Assembly: GCA_964537315.1 (NCBI GenBank)
Contig: CAZIAP010000002.1
Location: forward strand, 43,237 to 107,236
Origin: an uncultured Gammaproteobacteria bacterium
Lineage (GTDB): Bacteria; Patescibacteriota; Microgenomatia; Levybacterales; GWA1-39-11
DNA: 64,000 nt
Direction of reading: 5' to 3'
The position numbers and the translations under genes were made by a program. Positions 38,081-47,324 of this stretch are shown here, piece by piece. Each line of letters opens with the position of its first letter. Positions within the stretch are counted from its first letter, which is position 1. The notes beneath the pieces were generated by a model, which worked only from the letters and a program-made list of their open reading frames with translations, was not told the DNA's origin and searched no databases.

Positions 38081-39388
38081 TTATTCTGAGAACTTAAGCC
38101 CTTTGCCTTTTACTGTGAGGATGTATTGTGGATTATTTGGGTCTGATTCTATTTTTTTACGCAGCCTATAAACTATCTGATCTAGAGCTTGGTCAGTAAC
38201 ACCTTCTTGAGTCTTTGAGTCAGTCCATACTGCGTTTATAATGCCTTCTTTTTCTACAGTTTTACCTTTATTAACTAACAAATGTTTAAGTAAGCGAAAT
38301 TCAGATGGTGTAAGGTTATCAGAAATATCGACATCACCTTTATATATCTCGTTAAGCTCTTCATTATGTGTAAATTCTTCTTTTTTTTCTTTAATGGTCG
38401 ATAAAAAAGTCTCAAAAATAGGAATGGATATTTTTCCATTGTTTAGTAGTCCAACCAACTCAAGAAACTTTGCTTCGTCTGTATGATTCTTAAGATTTTT
38501 TACGATATGTTGTTCTTCAGTCGTGAGGTAATTCCAGATCTCTGTTAAAGCACCTCTCATTTGCCTGTGGTTGAGTAGGTGAGCTTCAAGATCTTTAGGA
38601 GTTTCGTTTTCTGATAAAAATGCCTCATATGCAATTTTCACTAGCTTACCGTGTCCGCCTGTTAGCTCCATGAGCTTTTCACGAGCATCTTCATTTTTTT
38701 TGCCTGCAACTTGCTCGATGTAGTTGAGCCTAAAGTCAGGCTCATCAGGATGAGACATCTTCATAAATATTGAGTTGCCGATTAAAAATTCATAAAACTC
38801 AGCGAGAGTAGAGGTGTCAATCAGTAAATCGATAGGTCGAGATAGGGCGAATACACAAGAAAATTTATATTTTGCCCGATTGCGCAGAATCTTTAGATTA
38901 ACGAAAAATTGATCTGTTAAATCTTGTGAATATTGTTCAAGCCGATCGATTAAAAAGACTACAGACATATCTTTTTCAAGTGCCAGATAGTCAATAGATT
39001 TTTTTAAAGCCTGGAAAAGTACTAGCTCATCGTTAAACTCAATGGCTTCTTTTAAGAAGGCATTTATTTGAGTACTTTCAGTAGTCATTCCGCGCTCACT
39101 AAGTGAATATCCAAGAGAGATGAGTATAAATTTTGTGACGTCAGATAGAGGTCTGCTCCTAACCTCAGAAAAATCCATATATACAAAATGATATTTTTCT
39201 TGATTTTCTAAATGGTATTCACGTACTTTGCGGTTGTAAGCCAGCAACCTCAAAAGTCGACTTTTTCCAACTCCCGGCAATCCTAATACTTGGCTTGATG
39301 CACCTTTTTTTACGAAGCCAATAACTTTTGAAATTTCTTCATGCAATGAATTTTCAGGGTAAAGTGATTCGAAATATTTGGGTTCCAT
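38081..39388 (-). CDS. P-loop (STAND/AAA-like) ATPase with C-terminal OmpR-type winged helix
   Basis: GLPGVGKS; LTPSEFRLL...ALDQIVYRLRKKIE.DP.NP.YI.TV.GKG. Confidence 0.88.
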   Translation of the reverse strand: MEPKYFESLYPENSLHEEISKVIGFVKKGASSQVLGLPGVGKSRLLRLLAYNRKVREYHLENQEKYHFVYMDFSEVRSRPLSDVTKFILISLGYSLSERGMTTESTQINAFLKEAIEFNDELVLFQALKKSIDYLALEKDMSVVFLIDRLEQYSQDLTDQFFVNLKILRNRAKYKFSCVFALSRPIDLLIDTSTLAEFYEFLIGNSIFMKMSHPDEPDFRLNYIEQVAGKKNEDAREKLMELTGGHGKLVKIAYEAFLSENETPKDLEAHLLNHRQMRGALTEIWNYLTTEEQHIVKNLKNHTDEAKFLELVGLLNNGKISIPIFETFLSTIKEKKEEFTHNEELNEIYKGDVDISDNLTPSEFRLLKHLLVNKGKTVEKEGIINAVWTDSKTQEGVTDQALDQIVYRLRKKIESDPNNPQYILTVKGKGLKFSE

Positions 39389-39394
39389 AGGTAA

Positions 39395-39429
39395 AATTAC
39401 TAATTTCTAATTACTAATAACAAATTAAA
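39395..39429. repeat. heptamer array, 3' flank of the four-helix-bundle gene
   Basis: AATTACT AATTTCT AATTACT AATAACA AATTAAA. Confidence 0.85.
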
Positions 39430-39790
39430 GCTGCTTATCATTTTTATTAGCTGTATGAATTATAGCATTGAAGATCAGGTTGAGCTCTTTTGCTTCTTGG
39501 ATAATTTTTTCGGCGTCACTTGCTAAATCTGGAGAAGCATGTTTGATCATAAGTAGCCAGTGAATTGTTTCTTTTGATTCTTTCTTACATATTCCAAGTT
39601 TATGCTTGAAATCTAGTCGACTTTCAGCATTATCAGCTTCGCAATAGTTTGCACCAACGCTAGTAGAGGACCTAACTAATTGGGATATGAGAGGGAGAGT
39701 AATAGCAGTTCGTGGAACTGTTTTACAGAATGCAATTGTGTTTTCCCCAAACTTGCGTGTTCTTTCTTCAAGATCATATTTTCTGATCAT
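39425..39790 (-). CDS. four helix bundle protein (23S rRNA IVS protein-like family)
   Basis: DLEERT..F...QLVRSSTSVGANYCEA..AES..DF.HKL.I..KE..ET..WL. Confidence 0.95.
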   Translation of the reverse strand: MIRKYDLEERTRKFGENTIAFCKTVPRTAITLPLISQLVRSSTSVGANYCEADNAESRLDFKHKLGICKKESKETIHWLLMIKHASPDLASDAEKIIQEAKELNLIFNAIIHTANKNDKQL

Positions 39791-39800
39791 ATTACATTAT

Positions 39801-39835
39801 ATCAATTAGAAATTAGATATTAGTTATTAGAAATT
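39801..39835. repeat. heptamer array, 5' flank, inverted relative to 39395-39429
   Basis: ATCAATT AGAAATT AGATATT AGTTATT AGAAATT. Confidence 0.85.
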
Positions 39836-39965
39836 AAATTTGAAGATGATTTTTATAAGGAAGTTGTGAGGATCATATCAAGGTAAAAGCAAATACCTGA
39901 TTTACAATAGCTTCACTATGAAAGAACAATTGACACGCTCACCGAATCTAACGTACTCTAATAGT

Positions 39966-42900
39966 ATGGAAGATAGTGGAGAAAAAAATATTTATCACGC
40001 GGAAGATAAAATTCAAGATAAGTCACCGAAAGTATCAAAGATTTCAAGAATAACTCAGCAAGAAGAAAAAGATAGGATTGATAAAATTATTAGTGGTGCT
40101 CCTGCATTACATCAAGAACCCTTACGGCAATCTCTTTACGAAGCATATTTTACAGCTTCATCCACCGAAGCAGAAGACTCTTCTCGTATAGACGAAATAA
40201 GAAAAGAACTTGATGAGACAGTTTCAGATTCCGACGAGAACAATGAAGATATTATGGAAAGATTGGGAAGAGCTGAACAAGAATTAGGGAGAAATCTTAA
40301 TGCTCAAGAAAAAGCAGCCATAATTGCAGCTCATAATGTGGGCGAAAATGAGCAGGGAAAAGACGGATCAGAGGCAGGAATAAATAACTATACATTTTCT
40401 CAGTTGAGAGAAAAAGCAAAAATTCTTAAAGGGGATGACGAGCAGAAAGGTTTTTCTAAAGAGGAAAGACGTAAATTGATGGAAGCAGGTATTGTGGGAG
40501 AGGAGAGAGATAAACAGGATTTGCGTAGTACACCTGAAAGGTTAGTTGAGTTAAGTGAAGCTCAACTTCGTGAGCAAGAAGCTATTAGAAAAAATACTGA
40601 TACTATGGTTCAGCAGCTAAGCGAATTACTAAGCATATCTGCAGAAGAACGAGATATACTGCGTAAACTTAGTGATGAACAAATGGAAAGGCTTATTCAA
40701 TCAATTGAGTTTAGCAAGACAACCTTTGAAGAATATATTGAAAAGTCAATTCGACAAGGACTTGACGATCCTAAAGAAAGAAAAACTAATGAAGTTGTAA
40801 TGGAAGCGATTAGTAAAGTAAGTGCAGAGGAGTATGAGACTTATCGTAATGCAGAATCAAAAGTAAGATCTGAGAGAAATCGTGTAATATTCTCATATGC
40901 CAATGCAGTGAAAGATAATTTTAAAGGAGGAGAATACCTAGAAGATGATGAATGGAGCGGAACTGTGGAAGAGTATATCAGGAGGGAAGTCGATCGGGTA
41001 GGAGAAGTACTAGATGATTTAGAAGATAAATTTATTAGTGGTGATTTAAACGATCTAGAAGTACAAAGAGAACTAAGGAATATTTCAAAAGATAGTGAGC
41101 GTATCCAAAACGAAGCAAATATTTTAGCAGGAATAGACCCTCAAGAAAGAAGAGGTAGAGGAAAAGCTGTTAAAAATATTGAAGAATTAATGAAATTTAT
41201 AATGGAGCTTCATCCGGATTACTCAGAAGAGGGTAACTATCCATTAATATACCCTCCTGAACATGAACAAGCAGGAGAAATTAATCAAGGAAATTTTATT
41301 CAGTGGATTCGCGACCAGTTGTCGCATTATCATAACCAAGACGCTGATAACCCACAGGTAAACTTTTTCGGTAATATCAGTGTGGAAGTTGAATCCCAAG
41401 GCTATACGAGAACTGTTAATGTTTTACAGATGATCAATAATCCCGGCGTATTTTTTAAGAGCAAAAACGGACATGTCTTGAATGGTTTGAGAGATGAAGT
41501 TGAGCGCACGATATGGCAATACTCAACAAATCGCAATAATAGAATTGCATATTTTCAGTCAATGCCTCTTGACACCAAAATTGCTGATGTTGTTGCGGCA
41601 ATCAACTCAAATAATGCACTCACAAAGCCTGCATATGAAGGCAAAAGTCCTCTCTACTGGAATTTGACTCAATCTGAAAGATATGAAAACGAGACTCGTT
41701 TGGATGCACGGGTAGGAGAGGGTATAGTTGCTGGAACGATGATTTATTATGACATTACTGATTACGAAGCTCTTAAAAAACGTTGTGCACCAATCAAAGA
41801 TGCTGAAGGAAAAGACGATGTTTCCCCTCTTTTTGATTTAAATAAAATAAAAGCAGCAGCACAGAGTATTTTGATCTCTAATAAAAGACCGGATTATGAT
41901 AAATACTTTACAGAAGACACCTGGGCTGAGATTAGTAGTTGGTTTGATGACAACGGAGTGTTAAAAGATGGAAGTGGAGATAAGTGGATCAAGTTTTTTA
42001 ATCCTTATGAACCACAACAAGACACAAGGAAGCTCGAATTACTTCGCGCATTAATTGCTGAAGAGATCTCTAGAAGAACCGGTCTGAATAGTAATGCCGC
42101 AAAATATGCCGAGCAGTGGGCACAGTTTCAAATTGATTTCATGTTGATATCAGCTCGAGGTGGTGTAGGAGCTGCTGCGTATAACGGGGCTGAAAAAGGA
42201 CTTCGAATGCTTGAATATTATGAGCGTGCATGGAGTGATACTAAACCAGGTTTGGGTAACCCAAAAGCTTTAGGTTTACTTGTTGCGCCTGGAGTTGATT
42301 TTCTCATCGGCACTCAAGTTAGATCTTCAGAGTTTAAATTAGCGGAGGTAAGTAAGGCAACAGATTCTAAAGGAAACTTTAACAAAGTCAATATTGTAGA
42401 ATTTGATGAAAAGGGTGAACCGGTTAAGGTAAGCCATACACTTAAAGATAACCAAGAGGTACTTTACGTAGGTAGTAAAATTATTTCGAGCAAAACAAAA
42501 GGGGAGATAATCAGCTTCGAGGAACGAGAAAAAATTGCGGCATTTACCTTATTGGACGACAAAGAAGAAATTTTAGAAAATGCTGAAGTAAAAGAAAATG
42601 CTAATACTGGAGAGTTCACAGTATTCGTGAATGGTCAAGAATATAAATCGTACAAACCAAGCGAAGAAGATGGAAAATATACAAATCATTACGAATTGGT
42701 TGGGGAAAGAAAATATAAGATTACGAAACGTGAATGGCATTTTGATGATGCGCTTGGACTCAATACTAAGGATAAAAGAGTGGTTGTAGAAGTTGATGAG
42801 CAAGGAAACAGACGTTACTTAGGAGAGTTAAAAGAAAATGAGAGGGTAGATCTAGGAGGAAATACACTTAAGTCAATGCAAGAGGTGAGGGTACGGGAGA

Positions 42901-44105
42901 AAGTTTTTATTGGAGGACAGTTAGCCTACACACTTAAAGATGGAGAAAGCACAGAGCAATCTGGAGATCAAATATGGATTATAAAAGACGGAAAAGTAAT
43001 TAAAAAGTTATGGGCAAGGATTAATAAAGATGGAAATTCTTATAAAAGAGAAATTCAACATGTTGACGTACGATATACTACCGTGAACGGTGAAGAAACA
43101 GCGGTGGAAGGTGCAATCCAAACGCATAAAACAACTAATTTAGATAACTCAGAGATTAAAATTAAGAAAGAAAGAGTGATTGAAGAGTGGCGTGAGCATC
43201 AGCTTTCTACCTATGATGTATTACAACATATGGACGAAACTCGATCGGAGTGGCAAGAACGTATTAATCAAGCAACCACGAAGGAGGAAAAGGATCGTCT
43301 TAGAAAGGAAGCGGATGATAAAGTTCAATATTGGGCATTAAAGCTTGAGTGGGGGTCAGATGAACAACGTCAGTTTGCGCAAAATCAGTTTGGTCGGGCA
43401 ATGCAACTTTTTCATGAGTATGGGCAAAAATTTGTAATCGATCCTAGAAGCCTATATAGCTACGATGAAAAAAAGGGGTTTGTATTTGATCAAGGAAAGC
43501 TCCAAGAAGAGATTGGTGAAAAGCTTATAAAACCTAGACGTTATGCATTTAGAACATGGCCTCATCTTGACATGAGTAGGATTGTCAGAGCTCCAGATCC
43601 AGAAAACAAATTTGAATATAGAGAGATGTTTTTGGCTGAAGCAATTTTCGGCAGACAAGTCCTTGAAACATTTCGTAGAAAAGACGGTACGATTGACTTT
43701 GAATTTTTAAGTAGTAGAGACGGAATAAAAGAGTTGATAAAAACTGAGGCATTACTTAGGTTGGCTGCAGATGAAATGTATTTTGAAGATCTCGACATGC
43801 TTACACCAAGGCTCGGCTTACAGGCTAAGTTAGCATACCGTAAAGGTATATTTACTCTTTCTGATGGAATTTCGATTGACTATAGAAACGTAAAGAACAA
43901 TAAGGTGAGTAATGGGTTTTTCGGAGCCCGTAAAATTTCTTTTAATGAATATGGACCTTCATTTGAGCAGGTTTATAACAAAGCTACTGGAGCTTCACCA
44001 CTCTCCATAATACGAAAAGAAACACAAAATGCAGTGCTTTTTCAGGGGTTCAGAGGAGTTTTTGATGCTGTAAAGGAAGTAGTCGGATCAGCATTTAAAT
44101 CATAA
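39966..44105 (+). CDS. very large hypothetical protein (about 1379 aa)
   Basis: Long ORF with no signal peptide; TTGACA-18-TACTCT promoter supports ATG 39966. Confidence 0.85.
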   Translation: MEDSGEKNIYHAEDKIQDKSPKVSKISRITQQEEKDRIDKIISGAPALHQEPLRQSLYEAYFTASSTEAEDSSRIDEIRKELDETVSDSDENNEDIMERLGRAEQELGRNLNAQEKAAIIAAHNVGENEQGKDGSEAGINNYTFSQLREKAKILKGDDEQKGFSKEERRKLMEAGIVGEERDKQDLRSTPERLVELSEAQLREQEAIRKNTDTMVQQLSELLSISAEERDILRKLSDEQMERLIQSIEFSKTTFEEYIEKSIRQGLDDPKERKTNEVVMEAISKVSAEEYETYRNAESKVRSERNRVIFSYANAVKDNFKGGEYLEDDEWSGTVEEYIRREVDRVGEVLDDLEDKFISGDLNDLEVQRELRNISKDSERIQNEANILAGIDPQERRGRGKAVKNIEELMKFIMELHPDYSEEGNYPLIYPPEHEQAGEINQGNFIQWIRDQLSHYHNQDADNPQVNFFGNISVEVESQGYTRTVNVLQMINNPGVFFKSKNGHVLNGLRDEVERTIWQYSTNRNNRIAYFQSMPLDTKIADVVAAINSNNALTKPAYEGKSPLYWNLTQSERYENETRLDARVGEGIVAGTMIYYDITDYEALKKRCAPIKDAEGKDDVSPLFDLNKIKAAAQSILISNKRPDYDKYFTEDTWAEISSWFDDNGVLKDGSGDKWIKFFNPYEPQQDTRKLELLRALIAEEISRRTGLNSNAAKYAEQWAQFQIDFMLISARGGVGAAAYNGAEKGLRMLEYYERAWSDTKPGLGNPKALGLLVAPGVDFLIGTQVRSSEFKLAEVSKATDSKGNFNKVNIVEFDEKGEPVKVSHTLKDNQEVLYVGSKIISSKTKGEIISFEEREKIAAFTLLDDKEEILENAEVKENANTGEFTVFVNGQEYKSYKPSEEDGKYTNHYELVGERKYKITKREWHFDDALGLNTKDKRVVVEVDEQGNRRYLGELKENERVDLGGNTLKSMQEVRVREKVFIGGQLAYTLKDGESTEQSGDQIWIIKDGKVIKKLWARINKDGNSYKREIQHVDVRYTTVNGEETAVEGAIQTHKTTNLDNSEIKIKKERVIEEWREHQLSTYDVLQHMDETRSEWQERINQATTKEEKDRLRKEADDKVQYWALKLEWGSDEQRQFAQNQFGRAMQLFHEYGQKFVIDPRSLYSYDEKKGFVFDQGKLQEEIGEKLIKPRRYAFRTWPHLDMSRIVRAPDPENKFEYREMFLAEAIFGRQVLETFRRKDGTIDFEFLSSRDGIKELIKTEALLRLAADEMYFEDLDMLTPRLGLQAKLAYRKGIFTLSDGISIDYRNVKNNKVSNGFFGARKISFNEYGPSFEQVYNKATGASPLSIIRKETQNAVLFQGFRGVFDAVKEVVGSAFKS

Positions 44106-44140
44106 TTATAAATGAACTTCTTATTCTGACCATTTCTTCT

Positions 44141-45844
44141 CTAACTATTTTCTTGACCCTGATTAGTTTCTCGTTGTCGTCTTGCTCTTTGTTCTGCATT
44201 GTATTGTGCTTCTAACCGTTGAGCCTCAATTCTCTCTTGTGCATCTCTTCTCATCTGTCCAATTTTTCCTCCAACGGGTCCGCGAGACCAGAACTGCTCT
44301 AAGCGAGGACGAACATTCCCTCTCCATATAATTGCGCCCGTTCCTTTTGGATTACCATTTGCATCAGTTTCAAAAAGCTTGCTACCAACCTTTTTAGGTA
44401 TAGCAGAAGCTGCAGATGAACCAACTCCGAATGCTGCTCCAACAGCTCGTTGGTACGAAACGGTTGGAGCTTTAAGCGTATCTTTAACCATATTTACAAC
44501 TTCTGTAGTCATTAACAAAACAGCAATGCCTATTAATGCGCTAAAATATTTAGGATTAATTGCTCCACCAATAAAAGGAGGAGTGAAGTGATCAGCTCCT
44601 CCTCCGCTGAACATCTGTGCAAACACAGAACCGAGCAGGAACATAAAAAGTGTTACCGGAAAAACTGCAATATAGGCAAAAATATGCTTAAACCAAGACC
44701 CTGCATTGAGAGGTGAACCAGGGATAAGACTGCCAGCAATCCAAATGGGGGCAACAACTGTATCAATAAGTATAAATAAGTATGCTTTTAACAATAAGAA
44801 CCAGAGTCTTAACAATGCATAGAGAAGTGCAAAAGTTATAATGAAAAATGCTATTGTACCTCCTAATACGCCAATTAGATCATATGGTGAAAAAGATCTA
44901 TATATCGGTACATCAATTCCGGTAACTCTCTCTATCGCATAAAATGGCGCTGTAGCAGGGTTTAGCAAATTAAAAGCATCGGTAAATATTTGTCCAAAAA
45001 ATGTTTCAGCTACGCTTCCCTCAAGAATGCTGGTAATTATATGTCCAATTTCAAATGATGCGTTTTTAACAATATCAAAACCTCCAAAAAATCCTAGAAC
45101 TCCAAAGGGAGTTTGACCCTGTATTTTTGTCGGATCTAAGCTAGAAAGATTCGCTCCAGTTCCAAGCATAATTTGATAAAAAAGATACATAAAAAGATAC
45201 ATAATATCTATTAAAAATCCTGATATGGCGTATGAAAATGTAATTAAAATTAATACAATTACTGCTTTTGGAATCGCGTTCTGAATTGTCATTACGGACC
45301 TTGGATCAATATTAAATCTGAAAATTATTCCGATCCCCATAATCATGAAAATGATTACAAACAATACATAAATTATGTTTCTAAATGCTGTCCACGTGGC
45401 AAGAAGTGGATTTAATGCTCTAAAGCCATGTCCTTCTTGTGCATATGTTGATTTTATGACCCCGAAGTTGGAAGCAGTGTGTTGAATGTATTGACCGGTA
45501 TTAATAGGTACATCAAAAGTCCAAGCAATCATACTACCTACAGCTCCAATCGCACCTCCTCCATTTTCCACAAATCCGATTTGTCCTGACTTTGGATCAA
45601 CTCCCAGACATTTAGTCGATGGGTTTACCGGATCGACACCTGTTAGCTGGCAGGAAATTGCCGCCATTACTTCAATCAGAACCATCTGTGTATGAGTACC
45701 GTAATTTTGAGGAACGTCGCTGTTTACACGCCCAGGTAAAGCACTAGAAGTGGCTGTAGTAGCTGGTGCTTGAGCAAAAATTACCGGGGCTGAAAAGTTC
45801 AGGAAAAAAGCGACGAAAAACAGCACGGCGAGCAGGCGTTTCAT
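44141..45844 (-). CDS. VirB6/TrbL-like polytopic T4SS membrane protein
   Basis: W..FRN..Y, IQNAIPK..I.LILITFSYAI.GFLID, multiple TMs; T4SS context. Confidence 0.7.
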   Translation of the reverse strand: MKRLLAVLFFVAFFLNFSAPVIFAQAPATTATSSALPGRVNSDVPQNYGTHTQMVLIEVMAAISCQLTGVDPVNPSTKCLGVDPKSGQIGFVENGGGAIGAVGSMIAWTFDVPINTGQYIQHTASNFGVIKSTYAQEGHGFRALNPLLATWTAFRNIIYVLFVIIFMIMGIGIIFRFNIDPRSVMTIQNAIPKAVIVLILITFSYAISGFLIDIMYLFMYLFYQIMLGTGANLSSLDPTKIQGQTPFGVLGFFGGFDIVKNASFEIGHIITSILEGSVAETFFGQIFTDAFNLLNPATAPFYAIERVTGIDVPIYRSFSPYDLIGVLGGTIAFFIITFALLYALLRLWFLLLKAYLFILIDTVVAPIWIAGSLIPGSPLNAGSWFKHIFAYIAVFPVTLFMFLLGSVFAQMFSGGGADHFTPPFIGGAINPKYFSALIGIAVLLMTTEVVNMVKDTLKAPTVSYQRAVGAAFGVGSSAASAIPKKVGSKLFETDANGNPKGTGAIIWRGNVRPRLEQFWSRGPVGGKIGQMRRDAQERIEAQRLEAQYNAEQRARRQRETNQGQENS

Positions 45845-45972
45845 ATATATACAGTATGGGGGAATATTTGATACAAAGTCAACTTTTTTAAGCTTCAAAT
45901 TAGCTGTTGATGTCTATCTTATTGACAACTTTTAGATGGATAGGTATGATTAGGCAAATTAATATAAGGAAT

Positions 45973-46539
45973 ATGAACCGTTATTTAGTAATTATTTTGT
46001 TCGCCATATTCCATTTTTCTGCTGCCCCTTTTTTTGCCCAAACTATTACCATTACGGCAACCGATAGCGCTAAAGCCTCAACTCCTCCCGCCCAAATTCA
46101 GTACGAACTACCTTATCCGGGAATATTGCCTGATCATCCATTGTATTTTCTTAAAGTCGCTCGTGACAGAATCGTTGGATTTTTAATCAACGATCCTGTG
46201 AAAAAAGCAGAGTTTAATTTACTTCAGTCGGATAAAAAGCTATTTGCTGCTCGGATGCTTTTTGATGACGATAAAGACAAGTTGGGTTTTGAAACTCTCT
46301 CGAAAAGTAACAACTATATGCATCATGCAATATCTGAGGCAAATCGTGCAAAAGAAATGAACCGTAATACAGATGGAGTAGTGCAAAAAATGGGCGCTTC
46401 ACTAGCAAAGCATAGAGAGGCAATAAGAGAGATTATACGGACAGACACTCAGTATAAAAAACAACTAGAAGGAGAAGAAAAAAGGTTGAACGAAATAAGG
46501 GCTCTTTACCTGCAATATTTTTCTCAACAAGGGAACTAA
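45973..46539 (+). CDS. DUF5667 domain protein
   Basis: YELPYPGILPDHPLYFLK...DPVKKAEF.L..SDKK. Confidence 0.8.
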   Translation: MNRYLVIILFAIFHFSAAPFFAQTITITATDSAKASTPPAQIQYELPYPGILPDHPLYFLKVARDRIVGFLINDPVKKAEFNLLQSDKKLFAARMLFDDDKDKLGFETLSKSNNYMHHAISEANRAKEMNRNTDGVVQKMGASLAKHREAIREIIRTDTQYKKQLEGEEKRLNEIRALYLQYFSQQGN

Positions 46540-46639
46540 TTTTCTGATTTTTCACAGATAATTTTTTACTTTATTTTTTCTTACAAATCGTGTTGAGGCT
46601 ACACTATGTTCCTATAGTAAGTTGATATAGTTTGATCAA

Positions 46640-46693
46640 TTGACAGGGGGAGATTTAGTGGGCTATATTGATTACTGACACTACATGTGGAAA
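46640..46693 (+). promoter_or_regulatory. nrdR-nrdJ promoter and NrdR box
   Basis: TTGACA-18-TATATT; ACACTACATGTGGAAA (46678-46693) resembles the NrdR box consensus. Confidence 0.6.
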
Positions 46694-46860
46694 AGCTCAA
46701 AACTTAAAAATAAATCTCGAAAGTTTTGAATTGCACATTAAATAAAGTTAAAAATTAAAAGTGAGAAATCAAGTTCACAAGTTAGAACTGAGAAGTTTTA
46801 TGCAGTTTTGACTTTTGAGTTGTATTTTTGAATTTTTGTATTTTAACTTTTAAATTTTCT
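46692..46860 (+). repeat. inverted heptamer arrays forming a long hairpin in the nrdR leader
   Basis: AAAGTTA AAAATTA AAAGTGA ... GTTTTGA CTTTTGA ... TTTTAAC TTTTAAA. Confidence 0.75.
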
Positions 46861-46862
46861 TT

Positions 46863-47318
46863 ATGCACTGTCCGTACTGTAATCATACCGGTTCTGAAGT
46901 CGTAGAAACTCGGGTAGGAGAGGAAGGGTCCAATATCCGGAGAAGGCGGTTATGTTCTGAGTGCAATAAACGGTTCACTACCTATGAGCGGATTGAAGGG
47001 GTTACTCTAATTGTTCGCAAGCGGGATGGTAAACGTGAGCAATTTAGTAGAGAAAAATTAAAAATAGGACTTATTAAATCCTGTGAAAAAACCACAGTGT
47101 CTCTGCAGGAAATAGAAGAAGTAGTCGCAAGTATTGAACGAGAGTTGAGATGCGGCGACTCACTGGAAGTAGAGAGTCAGCAGATTGGTAGAATGGTAGC
47201 AGATCAGCTGAAGAAAAAGAATAAGCTGGCATATATAAGATTCGCCAGCGTGTTTAAGAATTTTGTAGATATTGATGATTTTGCACAAGAATTGAAAATT
47301 TTAGATAAAAGCAATTAA
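46863..47318 (+). CDS. nrdR: transcriptional repressor NrdR
   Basis: CPYC...IRRRRLC..C.KRFTTYE, ATP cone, AYIRFASV. Confidence 0.97.
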   Translation: MHCPYCNHTGSEVVETRVGEEGSNIRRRRLCSECNKRFTTYERIEGVTLIVRKRDGKREQFSREKLKIGLIKSCEKTTVSLQEIEEVVASIERELRCGDSLEVESQQIGRMVADQLKKKNKLAYIRFASVFKNFVDIDDFAQELKILDKSN

Positions 47319-47324
47319 ACAAAT

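Noticed and set aside
39395-39835. CRISPR array, DGR or classical IS
   Set aside because: Units are 7 nt without spacers; no cas gene, reverse transcriptase, TR/VR pair or transposase motif in the window.
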